A stretch of DNA of 64,000 bases from Spirochaetia bacterium (GCA_963675665.1 OY776510.1:512001-576000); one strand, 5' to 3'. Shown: positions 19,747 to 30,144, counted from the stretch's first letter. The notes: a model not told the origin generated them from the sequence alone. Numbers and translations are program-made.

Positions 19747-21126
19747 TTAGCTTCTACGTTTGATATTATACTTTTTCATTAAATTCTGCAGATAGCGGCG
19801 GTCGATTCCGGCCGCCGCGGCTGTTCTTGAGACATTCCAGTCATTTTTAATCAATACGGAAAGGATGAAGCGTTTTTCTATTCTTGTAACGGTTTCATTC
19901 TTCAGGATCTTTTTCATTTCCTTAAGTTCTTCATAGGTTCCGGGGATTCCTTCCGCACTGCTGTTTTCATCCATTATTTCAGCCGGCAGACAATCTATCC
20001 CTATAGCCGGGCTTTTTGACAGAAGCGCCATCTGCGTTACAATATTTCGCAGTTCCCTGACATTTCCGGGCCAGCTGTAAAATGAAAAAGCCTCGTAAAC
20101 GCTATCGTCGATTGTATTGGCTGTTGTGCGCCCTTTCTCTCTGAGTTCCTCAAAAAAACTTCGGGCTATCAATACGGCATCGCCGGGTCTTTCACGTAAC
20201 GGAGGAATTCGGACCGGCACAACCGCCAAACGGTAATAAAGATCAGACCGAAAACGCCCGGCTTCCACTTCGGCCTTCAAATCGCAGTTTGTTGCAGCAA
20301 TTATTCTTAAATCAACAGAAACCAGTTTATTATCGCCGAGAGGATAAAAACTTTCGTCTTCAAGAACCCGTAAAAGCTTGGCTTGCAGAGATTCGGACAA
20401 GTCTCCGATTTCATCCAGAAACAGCGTGCCCCCGTCGGCAAGCTTGATCTTCCCTTCATAGGATTGTGCAGCTCCGGTGAAAGCTCCTTTTTTGTACCCG
20501 AATAATTCACCCTCAAGAAGTTCAGCGGGAATTGCCGCACAGTTGATTTTCACGAAAGTCCCGTGCCTGCCGCTTGCCTTATGGACAAGCTCCGAAACAA
20601 TTTCCTTGCCTGTTCCCGTTTCGCCAAGTACAAGCACCGGAACTTTCTGACCGGCAACCCTGGCTGCAAGATTGAGTTGTTCAACAGTTGTACCGTCGGA
20701 GGTAATGAATCCCGAATCAACAGGGAAAAGCGGCGCTTCCTCCGCTATACTCGACCGGAAGGTCCGAACCCGGTCTATGACTTCTTCAATCTGCCTGAAA
20801 GCAACCGGTTTTGTTAGATAGTCATATGCCCCCAGTTTTACTGCAGAGACGGCCTGGTCTATGCTTCCGTATGCAGTCATAATCACAACCGGAACTTCCG
20901 GAGAAACAAGCCTGACTGACTTAAGTATATCAAGCCCGCTTTTCCCCGGGAGCCTCATGTCCGTGATGACCATCAGCGTTTCGTCTGAAACATATTTTTC
21001 CAGAAAATCCTCGGCTGATGTAAAACCCTCAACGGGATATCGGTCGCGCAAATTAAAGATAAAAAGATCAAGAAGCCTGTCTTCATCCTCAACTATTATA
21101 ATTTTTTTGTTTTCATCTTTCATCAC
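19747..21126 (-). CDS. sigma54-dependent response regulator (NtrC family)
   Basis: Receiver (TDMRLPG), GETGTGKE, intact GAFTGA, WPGNVREL and Fis-type HTH. Confidence 0.93.
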   Translation of the reverse strand: MMKDENKKIIIVEDEDRLLDLFIFNLRDRYPVEGFTSAEDFLEKYVSDETLMVITDMRLPGKSGLDILKSVRLVSPEVPVVIMTAYGSIDQAVSAVKLGAYDYLTKPVAFRQIEEVIDRVRTFRSSIAEEAPLFPVDSGFITSDGTTVEQLNLAARVAGQKVPVLVLGETGTGKEIVSELVHKASGRHGTFVKINCAAIPAELLEGELFGYKKGAFTGAAQSYEGKIKLADGGTLFLDEIGDLSESLQAKLLRVLEDESFYPLGDNKLVSVDLRIIAATNCDLKAEVEAGRFRSDLYYRLAVVPVRIPPLRERPGDAVLIARSFFEELREKGRTTANTIDDSVYEAFSFYSWPGNVRELRNIVTQMALLSKSPAIGIDCLPAEIMDENSSAEGIPGTYEELKEMKKILKNETVTRIEKRFILSVLIKNDWNVSRTAAAAGIDRRYLQNLMKKYNIKRRS

Positions 21127-21144
21127 ACAGTTTCCGTGTCTGAA

Positions 21145-23247
21145 TTATCGCATAGAACCGGCTGCTGCTGGAAGAAGAATTTCAAAAACAGTTTCTTTTT
21201 CCGAATCAACCAGCTTTATTTCTCCGGAAGCCTCTCTCAGCAGTCTCTGGGTTATGGACAGGCCGAGACCCGTACCGGTTTTTTTAGTCGTGAAAAACGG
21301 ATCAAAGATTCGGCCCCTGACGTCTTCAGGAATCAGCTCGCCCTGATTGGAAAAAACAATTCTGACTCTTTCATCATCGGTATATTCAGCAGAAACCAGC
21401 AACCGCATACCTTCCGACATTGCATCAATCGCATTTAAAATCAGATTTAAACATATCTGCATAAGCACTTCATTATCAATCACCGCTATGACCGAAGTCG
21501 ATCGCCGTTTAAAATCTGTACTCAGATTCTTTTTTCTGAACTTGGTCGAGACAAGATCAAGTGCCCTCTGAATAACCAGCCCGACATTAACGGGGGTATG
21601 CCTTACTTCACTGTTTACAGATATGGATAATATCCTGTTTAACAGATGAGACATCCTCGTTGTCTCATCCTGGATATAAGAAGCAAAGCGTTTCACTTCT
21701 TCTTCCGACAGAGATCTGACGGCCATCGTCTCTGCTGAGGCGGATATTATCGACAGGGGATTTCTGATTTCATGAGCTATGCCTGATGAGATCTCGCTTA
21801 AAACCGCCATCTTCTCAATTGCAGCCTGTTTTTTCTCAAGAGCTATCGCCTGTTCGTGTGTGTTGCACCTTGCAATAACAACAGGAACTCCCGATAAAAA
21901 GACTTCCAGCTCTTCTATCTCCGAAGGATACCAGGCTCTTGCCGGGCCGGGCTCTCCGAACAGGCAGAAGCCAGTCAATTCATGTCTCTCAAACAACGGC
22001 GCTATCAGTACAATCCTGCGGTTGTAAAGATTTTCCAGTTCCTCGCCCTCGTGCCAGGCCAGGGCGATCTGCTGAATGTTCATAATCCGGCGGTAATTCT
22101 CCAGTTTTCCCGCCAGTTCTCCGTAACCCGGAAAACGAATCTCTTTTCCCGGATCGCTATTGATTGTAATAAAGTCTCCTGACCCGCGCTCCTTTATCAT
22201 CAGATGAAACTCATTCAGTTTCAGTTCTCCGAGGAAGACATCGGCGAGAAAACCGTCGAGCTCTGATAATGTTATAATTCCTACAAGATTTGCAGAATTA
22301 TCCTTCATAAGTTTATGAAAATCACCTGTTGCGGGAGCATTACCAATATAAAGCCTGGACTCAAACATCCTGATAATCGGTTGAAGAAAAAGCATCAGCA
22401 GAAGGATCTCGGAAACAAGGAGAATCTCCAGTTTTAAACCGAGGGTTTGAATAACATAGGCATTTAAATCATTCATTCCGTACTCAAAAAGAATGATTAT
22501 GATAATGATTGTCACCGGATAGGAGAAAAGAGTTCGTACAGCGGCCTTTCGATCAAGATATCCGAAAGACAGCATCAGAATAATGAAATACACCGTGAAA
22601 AAACTTGAAATTACAAGATAAAAATTAATTCCGCTGCGGAGCGGTAAAAAAATAAAATACGCAAAAATCATCGAAAGCGATGTAGGAATAAAACCGGTAA
22701 GAACCATTATTATATTCCGCTTTTCCGCTTTCATCAGGTTGAGTCCGTAAGATTTTGAAAACCTCAGGATTGTAACAGCCAAAAGAGTGAATGCGTAACC
22801 GAACATGATAATATAGATTGAAAAGAAAACCGGATTAATCTTGAAAAACCTGACTACATGAAAGACATCCGCCTGAGTAACGGTTTCATTTTTCAGCAGG
22901 TATGATAAAAAGAGCGCTACACCCAAACCGATTGTTTCAAAATAAATAAAAACAACCTGCCTTTTTTTCCGCCTTGTCATTACATTTCGGGGATAGTAAT
23001 AGGAAAAGTGATAAAAAATAGGGAAAAAGGTCAGCCCGCCCAGGAGAGCCATATTTAATCCGATATCCAGCGACAGACTGCTTTCAACGGTTCGCAGCAG
23101 CAATACCTCGATATTTGAAAGCATAATCGGGATTATCAGCAGGCTTAAAAAACGGTTTATCGTGCCGGAGGGATTATAAAAGTAGATCATATAGATCAAT
23201 GCAAAGTCGAAAACAAATAACACTACAAGAAATACGTTAACAACCAT
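21145..23247 (-). CDS. Multi-TM sensor histidine kinase with GAF-like domain
   Basis: About 8 N-terminal TMs, H-box AHEIRNPL, NLILNA and DPFFTTK-GTGLGL. Confidence 0.9.
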   Translation of the reverse strand: MVVNVFLVVLFVFDFALIYMIYFYNPSGTINRFLSLLIIPIMLSNIEVLLLRTVESSLSLDIGLNMALLGGLTFFPIFYHFSYYYPRNVMTRRKKRQVVFIYFETIGLGVALFLSYLLKNETVTQADVFHVVRFFKINPVFFSIYIIMFGYAFTLLAVTILRFSKSYGLNLMKAEKRNIIMVLTGFIPTSLSMIFAYFIFLPLRSGINFYLVISSFFTVYFIILMLSFGYLDRKAAVRTLFSYPVTIIIIIILFEYGMNDLNAYVIQTLGLKLEILLVSEILLLMLFLQPIIRMFESRLYIGNAPATGDFHKLMKDNSANLVGIITLSELDGFLADVFLGELKLNEFHLMIKERGSGDFITINSDPGKEIRFPGYGELAGKLENYRRIMNIQQIALAWHEGEELENLYNRRIVLIAPLFERHELTGFCLFGEPGPARAWYPSEIEELEVFLSGVPVVIARCNTHEQAIALEKKQAAIEKMAVLSEISSGIAHEIRNPLSIISASAETMAVRSLSEEEVKRFASYIQDETTRMSHLLNRILSISVNSEVRHTPVNVGLVIQRALDLVSTKFRKKNLSTDFKRRSTSVIAVIDNEVLMQICLNLILNAIDAMSEGMRLLVSAEYTDDERVRIVFSNQGELIPEDVRGRIFDPFFTTKKTGTGLGLSITQRLLREASGEIKLVDSEKETVFEILLPAAAGSMR

Positions 23248-23310
23248 AATTCAGTTTACTATCGAAGCTCAAGTTTGACCAGCCCGCGGTTCCTGTGCTA
23301 ATCTCGAATT

Positions 23311-24120
23311 ATGAATCTGATCCTTTTTGAACAGGACGAAATGAAAGAATCCGAAAGCAGGGGCGGAACGGAATTTTATATTTTTCTGAAGCCGGACGAT
23401 CTTCGCTCGGCTCATCTCAAAAAGATACTGAAAGCCGCTGAAGGAACGGTTGTTGATGCCGGGGTAATCAACGGGAAAAAGGGAAAAGCTGTAATTACCG
23501 AAATTAACGAAACCGGAATACGGCTTGTATTCACCCCCCAAAGCGACTCTGTCGGCCTGCATCCGATTACGCTTCTGCTGGGCCTTTCACGGCCTCCCAC
23601 AGTGAGAAAAGTCCTGAAAGAGGCAACAGCGCTCGGCGTAAGCAGGTTTATATTATGCGGTACGGAAAACGGAGAGCAGAGTTATCGCCGGAGCAGCGCT
23701 CTTAAAAATGAGAAAATCCATGAGATTCTGATTGAAGGCGCCCAGCAGGCCTACTGCACCCGGCTGCCTGAAGTAGAAATATGTTATAACGTAAAAAAAG
23801 CGGTGGAGCGCGCTGTTGAACCGTTTCCCGGGGCAACCGGCCTGCCAAAACTGCTTGCGCTTGATAATTACGAAGCGACTGTTTCGCTTTCAAAATACTG
23901 GACTGATTGTGCCCGTAAAGAATCTTCAACCGGCGACACTTCGCCCGTATTACATACTGTCCTGGCCGTAGGCTCAGAACGGGGCTGGACAGATTCGGAA
24001 CGGAAGATTCTTCGTGAAAACGGCTATACCCTGTGCAGCCTGGGACAACGGGTACTGCGGACAGAAACCGCATCTATAGCCGGAACCGCAGTATGTTTAT
24101 CCGGCATGGGTTTAATCTAA
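23311..24120 (+). CDS. rsmE: 16S rRNA m3U1498 methyltransferase
   Basis: ATALGV, AVGSERGW and LGQRVLRTETA motifs. Confidence 0.88.
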   Translation: MNLILFEQDEMKESESRGGTEFYIFLKPDDLRSAHLKKILKAAEGTVVDAGVINGKKGKAVITEINETGIRLVFTPQSDSVGLHPITLLLGLSRPPTVRKVLKEATALGVSRFILCGTENGEQSYRRSSALKNEKIHEILIEGAQQAYCTRLPEVEICYNVKKAVERAVEPFPGATGLPKLLALDNYEATVSLSKYWTDCARKESSTGDTSPVLHTVLAVGSERGWTDSERKILRENGYTLCSLGQRVLRTETASIAGTAVCLSGMGLI

Positions 24121-25076
24121 TCCTTCCAGTGCCAGACAGGCTCCGAATACTTGTCCGGGAAAGGGTTTCTTTTCATAAAATCCGGTACCCAGTCGGATGA
24201 AGCGGCTTCGGGGGCCTGCAGAAAGCCTTCTTCAATCCCAAACTCATCCAGCCATTCAAGCAACTGATCGTAATCTTCATTCGGCATAATATAACCAGGC
24301 CCGGCAACAGCAGCTCCGGCCTCGTTAACAGGAGTGTACTGAACCATTACCGAGATCATTGCTTTGTCCTTAAGATTTCGGCTATACCATTCAAGAACTT
24401 CGCGGCTTGATTCAAGCTCGCCCGGCATAACCAGGTGCCGGACAATCATACCTCGCTTCATCAGACCGTCCTCAACCAGCATTCCGCCCCGTTTGGCCAG
24501 CTGTCGCGCCATGGCTGCCAATGCGGCCTCAACAGCTTTCGGGTATGCAGAAGTGCCGAAAAGTCGTGCGGCAACCCTGTTGTTCAGCGTTTTAATATCA
24601 GGCAGCCAGATATCAACAGTATCTGACAGCATTCCTATGGTTTTCGGGGTTTCATATCCCGAACTGTTCCATATAACCGGAATATTCAGCCCCTGGGTGC
24701 GAGCATCAGCTACCGCAGCTATCACAGAGGGGGCAAACTGTGTGGCTGTAACCAGATTCAGATTGGCAGCGCCGCGGCTTTGCAGTGAAAGAAATATTTC
24801 TGCAAGCTTCTCTTCGGTCAGCGCCGAGCCAATATCGTCACAGCTGATCTGTACATTCTGACAGAACGGGCAACCAAGTGTACAGCCTGAGAAAAACAGG
24901 GCGCCGGAACCGGCGTCTCCGATCAGCGGCGGCTCTTCTCCTTTGTGAAGAACTGCAGAAGCGGCAATTATTTTATCGGGCATCCCGCAGACGCCGCGCT
25001 GTCCTCTTGTTCTGTCTACCCCGCATGCCCTGGGGCAGAGCCGGCAGTTTTCATACTGCTTGAACAGATTTTTCAT
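24117..25076 (-). CDS. PflX-like radical SAM protein
   Basis: CRLCPRACGVDR, GEEPPL, CTLGCPFCQN and VRHLVMPG motifs. Confidence 0.85.
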   Translation of the reverse strand: MKNLFKQYENCRLCPRACGVDRTRGQRGVCGMPDKIIAASAVLHKGEEPPLIGDAGSGALFFSGCTLGCPFCQNVQISCDDIGSALTEEKLAEIFLSLQSRGAANLNLVTATQFAPSVIAAVADARTQGLNIPVIWNSSGYETPKTIGMLSDTVDIWLPDIKTLNNRVAARLFGTSAYPKAVEAALAAMARQLAKRGGMLVEDGLMKRGMIVRHLVMPGELESSREVLEWYSRNLKDKAMISVMVQYTPVNEAGAAVAGPGYIMPNEDYDQLLEWLDEFGIEEGFLQAPEAASSDWVPDFMKRNPFPDKYSEPVWHWKD

Positions 25077-25193
25077 CTCTTATTTATACTCCCTGAATAA
25101 GATTTTGTCATTGTTTACGTGTTTTAAAACAGTTGCAAAAGTCCGGATTATAGTGTAATTTCTTTCTTGTCCTGAAGGAAACTTCAGTCATCT

Positions 25194-25277
25194 GCCGGCG
25201 TGGTGAAATTGGTAGACACAGCAGACTCAAAATCTGCCGGGGGCAACTCTGTATCGGTTCAAGTCCGATCGCCGGTA
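25194..25277 (+). tRNA. tRNA-Leu(CAA)
   Basis: GCCGGCG acceptor, anticodon arm GCAGA-CTCAAAA-TCTGC, long variable arm, GGTTCAAGTCC T-arm. CCA not encoded. Confidence 0.96.
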
Positions 25278-25355
25278 TTCTGTTCACAGCATGAACCAAT
25301 CATGCAAGTCGGGGAATGATGCTGCGCATCATTTTCCGATCGCCGGTATTCTGTT
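25264..25355 (+). repeat. 21-bp direct repeat of the tRNA-Leu 3' end
   Basis: TCCGATCGCCGGTATTCTGTT at 25264-25284 and 25335-25355. Confidence 0.9.
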
Positions 25356-25388
25356 TAATATTTATCCTGATTTATATATAATCAATCC

Positions 25389-26108
25389 ATGTTTGAAGCA
25401 GATTTACACGCACACAGTCTTTTCAGTTCCTGCGGGCTCCATTCAATAATTGAAATGCTCACAAAAGCGGAACAGAGGGGTTTAAAAGCCCAGGCAATAA
25501 CCGATCACGGCCCGTTTCTCGGCAGAAAACCCAGCAGCACCTTTTTCGAAAGACTGGACAATCCTGTTGAAGGCATTCTGCTGCTGAAAGGAATGGAATG
25601 CAACGTAATTAACGAAGACGGCGAGATTGATGTTATAGATAAATTTATGCAATGGTACGACGTTATACTGACGGGGTTTCATTACTTTGAAAAAAAGGAT
25701 TCTTCCCCGTCGTATTATTCGGAAATTATGACAAAGGCAATTATTAAAAATCCATGCATAGATATTATAGTTCACCCTAATGCGCCCGGCTATTTAATGG
25801 ACTTCAGGATAATAACCGAGTCGGCGGCTGAATACGATGTCGCTGTTGAATTGAACAATGCAAAGCTGAACCTCGGTAGATCTTCTGAAGAAGAGACTAT
25901 TGGCCTGATAGAAGCATGTAAAAATGCGGGCTGCAAAGTGGCCGTGAACACCGACGCACATGCCCTAAACGAGGTTGGCTGCCATGAAAAAATTGAAAGG
26001 CTTCTTAATAAAACCGGGTTTCCGGAAGAAAGAATTGTCAACCGGACACTGGAATCAACCCTTAAGTGGATCGAAAATCGCAGGGAACGCCGCAAGCAAA
26101 ACTACTGA
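25389..26108 (+). CDS. PHP-domain phosphatase (YcdX-like)
   Basis: DLHAHS, ITDHGP, VELNN and NTDAH motifs. Confidence 0.85.
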   Translation: MFEADLHAHSLFSSCGLHSIIEMLTKAEQRGLKAQAITDHGPFLGRKPSSTFFERLDNPVEGILLLKGMECNVINEDGEIDVIDKFMQWYDVILTGFHYFEKKDSSPSYYSEIMTKAIIKNPCIDIIVHPNAPGYLMDFRIITESAAEYDVAVELNNAKLNLGRSSEEETIGLIEACKNAGCKVAVNTDAHALNEVGCHEKIERLLNKTGFPEERIVNRTLESTLKWIENRRERRKQNY

Positions 26109-26134
26109 AATAATCCCCCAGCATTTCCCCCTGT

Positions 26135-26164
26135 GAAGTATCAACAGCCTGCTGTTGATACTTC
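26135..26164. terminator. Hairpin between convergent genes
   Basis: GAAGTATCAACAGC-CT-GCTGTTGATACTTC. Confidence 0.7.
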
Positions 26165-26187
26165 TAAAGCAAAATCTTTGATTTTGC

Positions 26188-27390
26188 TTAATTTTCCAGA
26201 ATTATAATTTCTACCCTGCGGTTTTTGCTCATTCCCTCTTCGGTGGAATTATCCGCCACAGGCTTCTGTGCGCCCATACCCTTTATTATAATCTGCTCCG
26301 GCAGTCTTGAGCCTTTTTCCAGAAGATACCCGGCTACCGCCCCCGCCCGCTGCTCGGAAAGCCTGATTCTGCCGGAAGGCGTTCCGGCAAGCGCCGTATG
26401 CCCTTCTACAAGAATGTCACGTTCCGGATACTCACCCAGGATAACAGCGATATGATCAAGCTTGTCAAGTTCGGAATCAAGAAGCCGGAAAGAATCGGGG
26501 GCAAACTGAATATTATTCAGAGTTATCTTGACCCCCTCTTCACTCACGGATACATCCGTGTCCTCCATACCTTCCTCATCAATTTTTCTTTGAATATCTT
26601 CAGCAACAGATTCCTTATCCATCTCGGGGCTCTCAATAATATAGGCGTCCGACAAACCGCGGTATTCGACAGTGACGCCCGTGGAAAGTTCAAAAACAAA
26701 TTCGAAATTCTCTTCATAGGCATGGGGTCTTCCGGCGACGCTGTCCCAATATATAATCTGGTCAGAGCTGCCTGCAATACGGACCGGGTACAGATCTGTT
26801 TCTGCAGGGATCTCAACAGGCCTGTAATAGATATTATATTTTACGGAAATTTTATCAAAAACCCAGTCCTTGTATTTCCCCTTTCCAAGATACGTATAAT
26901 TAACATAGATGGGTATATGATAGGCGTTGGCTATTCCGAAATTATTTCTGAAATCATGAACTTCTTCACCTTTCCACGACCAGCTGTCTCCGGGCTGAAG
27001 ATCACGATCGGGGAAGACAGGCACATCGCGTACAACAGGCATAAAATACTGAGGCGCTATGTCGTATCTGCCTTTATCATCCCGGGTAAATACAGATTCA
27101 TATTCAGTTGCCCACTGGTATGCCCCGATTGTTCCGGAAGTTCTTTCTGAAGTCTGAAATACGGATTCTATCAATCCGCTGCCGTCGACAACCTCTTTAA
27201 CATGCACAGCTATCTTGTTCAGGATATCGGCCCGGTGCGAATACATACCGTCAATATACACATATTCGTCAACAGTCGATAATATCCTGTATCTGTCGCC
27301 AGTTTTATAACAGAACTTGAAAGTTTCAGAATATAACGTTAATATGGTAATAAGGGTAAAAGAGATAATCAGAAAAGCTCTTTTTCTCAT
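26188..27390 (-). CDS. OmpA-family peptidoglycan-binding protein
   Basis: Signal peptide. C-terminal VEGHTA, LSEQRA and KNRRVEI. Confidence 0.88.
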   Translation of the reverse strand: MRKRAFLIISFTLITILTLYSETFKFCYKTGDRYRILSTVDEYVYIDGMYSHRADILNKIAVHVKEVVDGSGLIESVFQTSERTSGTIGAYQWATEYESVFTRDDKGRYDIAPQYFMPVVRDVPVFPDRDLQPGDSWSWKGEEVHDFRNNFGIANAYHIPIYVNYTYLGKGKYKDWVFDKISVKYNIYYRPVEIPAETDLYPVRIAGSSDQIIYWDSVAGRPHAYEENFEFVFELSTGVTVEYRGLSDAYIIESPEMDKESVAEDIQRKIDEEGMEDTDVSVSEEGVKITLNNIQFAPDSFRLLDSELDKLDHIAVILGEYPERDILVEGHTALAGTPSGRIRLSEQRAGAVAGYLLEKGSRLPEQIIIKGMGAQKPVADNSTEEGMSKNRRVEIIILEN

Positions 27391-27435
27391 AATCAATCCT
27401 TAATTAAGGTAAAAAAAATCAGTATTGTTGCGGGC

Positions 27436-28563
27436 ATGTACCAAAAGATGAATACTCCTCAGACTGAAGAAAAAATCCGTTACTATTTGGAAAACGCCGG
27501 CTTTAATACCCCCACCCCACTCCAGAACAAGGTTTTCCCTGTTTTTTTCCAGAAAAAAGACATAATCGCCGGAGTTTACGGAGCAAAAGGAAAACGTACC
27601 TCCTACATTGTTCCTATCCTGGTAAATCTGGGCTCACATGATGAAAGCACCCGAATCATTGTTGTCGTTTCCGAACCGGAAAGTGTTCGGAGGGCCGGAA
27701 GCGAATTTGCCCGGTATATTTCAAAAAACGAACTGGATTTGACTGTAGCCTCACTTATATCCGATTCGATGATTAAACAGGAGCTTAAAGCTTTATCCTG
27801 CCATCCCGATATTATTATCGGAACACCACAAAGGATTATTGACCACATCCGTCGTGAAAATATTGATTTATCCAATGTTGAAACGGCTGTAGTTGATACT
27901 CCCGTTAACCTGGAAGAAAACGGATTTGACCAGGACCTTATTTTTATTTTTTCAAAGATGCCGGAAAGGCATCAGAAACTTTTTTATACTGACAATCCTG
28001 ATTCTGTCAGTTTTATTGAATCCATGGCGCGAAAACCGATCATTATTTCCATGGAAGAAGAACATTTACAGGAGAATCAAAGAATGAAAGACCAGGAACA
28101 GACTGTCGATGCCTCAGTCATTGAGAACAACATTAAAAACTTCATAAAAACAATTGTTGAAAAAGAAGATCCGGATTTACTGGATACATACAGAAAACTT
28201 TTTAAAAAACACACGCCGTTTACAAAACGGGGATATCTTAGCGCATATCTTCTTAAAGAAGCGTGTAACGGTAAGGGGCCTCAAAGCTTCCGGAAGAAAC
28301 AGGCGTCCGACCCAAATAAAACAACACTGTTTGTCAGCGCAGGTAAAAACAGGCGTGTATTTCCCAAAGATCTTGCCAGGCTGTTTCAGTCTAAACTGGA
28401 TCTTGAACAGTCGGACATCGGCACAATAAAAGTCCTCGACAGTTACTCTTTTCTTGAAATTTCAAAAGACCATGCCGAACGGGCAATTGAACTTATGAAT
28501 GGAGAAGATTTTAAAGGACGTAAACTGACAGTAAATCATGCGCGCAAGCGTAACGAAGCTTAA
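27436..28563 (+). CDS. Degenerate DEAD-box-like domain plus DbpA-type RNA-binding domain
   Basis: GFNTPTPLQ and GTPQRIIDH present, but GKRT and VVDTP replace GKT and DEAD. C-terminal DIGTIKVLDSYSF. Confidence 0.75.
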   Translation: MYQKMNTPQTEEKIRYYLENAGFNTPTPLQNKVFPVFFQKKDIIAGVYGAKGKRTSYIVPILVNLGSHDESTRIIVVVSEPESVRRAGSEFARYISKNELDLTVASLISDSMIKQELKALSCHPDIIIGTPQRIIDHIRRENIDLSNVETAVVDTPVNLEENGFDQDLIFIFSKMPERHQKLFYTDNPDSVSFIESMARKPIIISMEEEHLQENQRMKDQEQTVDASVIENNIKNFIKTIVEKEDPDLLDTYRKLFKKHTPFTKRGYLSAYLLKEACNGKGPQSFRKKQASDPNKTTLFVSAGKNRRVFPKDLARLFQSKLDLEQSDIGTIKVLDSYSFLEISKDHAERAIELMNGEDFKGRKLTVNHARKRNEA

Positions 28564-28574
28564 TGGTTTTTTCT

Positions 28575-29699
28575 TTACAGAAACCACATTAAAAAAAGGT
28601 AAAACAGTATAAGATTCAGTACAAAACCGAAACTGATTGAAGCCGCTGCAAGAATTTCCATCCATCTTGCGCGGCTTCTGCATTTTCCGGCCAGGATCTC
28701 GGGATCTCCGGGAATAATCAGATTTTCAAGGAAATGTTTCGGAAGACCGGCAGCATTTTCTTCCGAGGCAATATACACACGACATTCAAGCTCAAACAGG
28801 TCCTCTTCCTGTATTATCCCGCAGCTTCTTATCCTGGCATCAGGATGTTCTTCCATCGCTTCCCGGCATGAAGAATATTCCGAAAACCGGGGGAATCTCA
28901 AAGGCAGTCTCAACAGGTCCCTCTCGCCTCTCAGGTACCTTCCGCTGCGCCAGAATCTTCTGAAAAACATGTACATAAGAAGACCCGGCGGCACAAAGGG
29001 AATTAAAGGGAAGAAGCTCAGGATTAGAGTCTCCAGGGCCAGAAAATCCGCATTCTGCTGTCTGTAATATATGAAGGTCAGGACGAAAAGGGAAAAAGAT
29101 CCGGCCATCAGGGAAAACGGAGTTATCGAATTCCAGTATTCATTCAGTTGCCGGCCGCTCCATATTGAACGCCGCAGTATGGTTTCTTTTCTGCCGTCAT
29201 AAATTACCGCCAGCAGCGGAAAATCTTCAGTATTCCTGAAAACAGGCGTACCGTTTTCAATAAATACTTTACCGGACAACAGGAACCCGGTTCCCTGAGC
29301 AAGAGAGTAAACACTTTCCCATTTGATTTTTTTCGGCATTTCCTGGGGAAGAACAAGCTTGTTTTCTTCGATTCTTCCTTCATTCTCAATAGATTGAGTT
29401 GTCGGGAGCAGGTACAGCTTAATACCTTTCATTTCGGCTCTTACAGTTACTTTTCCGTTATTCAACCAGATTGAACTGTCGTCCTGTATGGCCTGAAGTT
29501 CACCGGTAAAACTATACGAGCCGGCGTCACCTGAGGTTACCCTGACAGGATCCGAATAGGTAATTTCTCTGCATAAACTTGCCTCAACCGCCTGTTTTCT
29601 GAACATCCTCCATCTTCTTCTGACCATAAAAGCGCCTGAGAGCGGTAATACAGCATAGAAGATAACGGCCACAAACAGAGGGGGGATTAGTTCCAACAT
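28575..29699 (-). CDS. Hypothetical membrane protein
   Basis: 374-aa ORF with about 4 TM segments. Confidence 0.7.
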   Translation of the reverse strand: MLELIPPLFVAVIFYAVLPLSGAFMVRRRWRMFRKQAVEASLCREITYSDPVRVTSGDAGSYSFTGELQAIQDDSSIWLNNGKVTVRAEMKGIKLYLLPTTQSIENEGRIEENKLVLPQEMPKKIKWESVYSLAQGTGFLLSGKVFIENGTPVFRNTEDFPLLAVIYDGRKETILRRSIWSGRQLNEYWNSITPFSLMAGSFSLFVLTFIYYRQQNADFLALETLILSFFPLIPFVPPGLLMYMFFRRFWRSGRYLRGERDLLRLPLRFPRFSEYSSCREAMEEHPDARIRSCGIIQEEDLFELECRVYIASEENAAGLPKHFLENLIIPGDPEILAGKCRSRARWMEILAAASISFGFVLNLILFYLFLMWFL

Positions 29700-29701
29700 G
29701 T

Positions 29702-30079
29702 TCAGATAAATAAATCCAGAGACACTCCTCTGGCAGAAATATTCCTGTAATAAGGATTGTTATTGGACAGCTGATGATACAGCTCACGTCGGTATGTTTC
29801 AATCATTTCAGCCACGTCGTTTTTATCCGCGCCTTGAAGATTTAAAGCCTTTCCATCTCCTTTCAGCAGCTTTAACCTGTCGATCAGATTATCCAGATTA
29901 CGCAACTGATTAAACGAATAAGCAGGCTGATTTCCGGAAGTGCCCACCCCGGTAATATGCTTGAAATTGGCATAAACACTGTTGCTGTTAACCGGCAGAG
30001 CTATCCTGCCTGTCCCGACCTGGGCCTTCACCAACTGAGAGATGGCTAATGACTGTTTAGAAATGCTTTGAATATCCAT
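29702..30079 (-). CDS. Hypothetical protein
   Basis: 125-aa ORF filling the gap, 2 nt from the next start. Confidence 0.65.
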   Translation of the reverse strand: MDIQSISKQSLAISQLVKAQVGTGRIALPVNSNSVYANFKHITGVGTSGNQPAYSFNQLRNLDNLIDRLKLLKGDGKALNLQGADKNDVAEMIETYRRELYHQLSNNNPYYRNISARGVSLDLFI

Positions 30080-30144
30080 ACCCTGTTAAATTTATCGGTT
30101 TTACAGGGCCGGAGTTTAGAATCCGTTGATTAATTAATTATCCT

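Noticed and set aside
26398-27150. 250-aa plus-strand ORF
   Set aside because: Antisense shadow of the OmpA-family gene.
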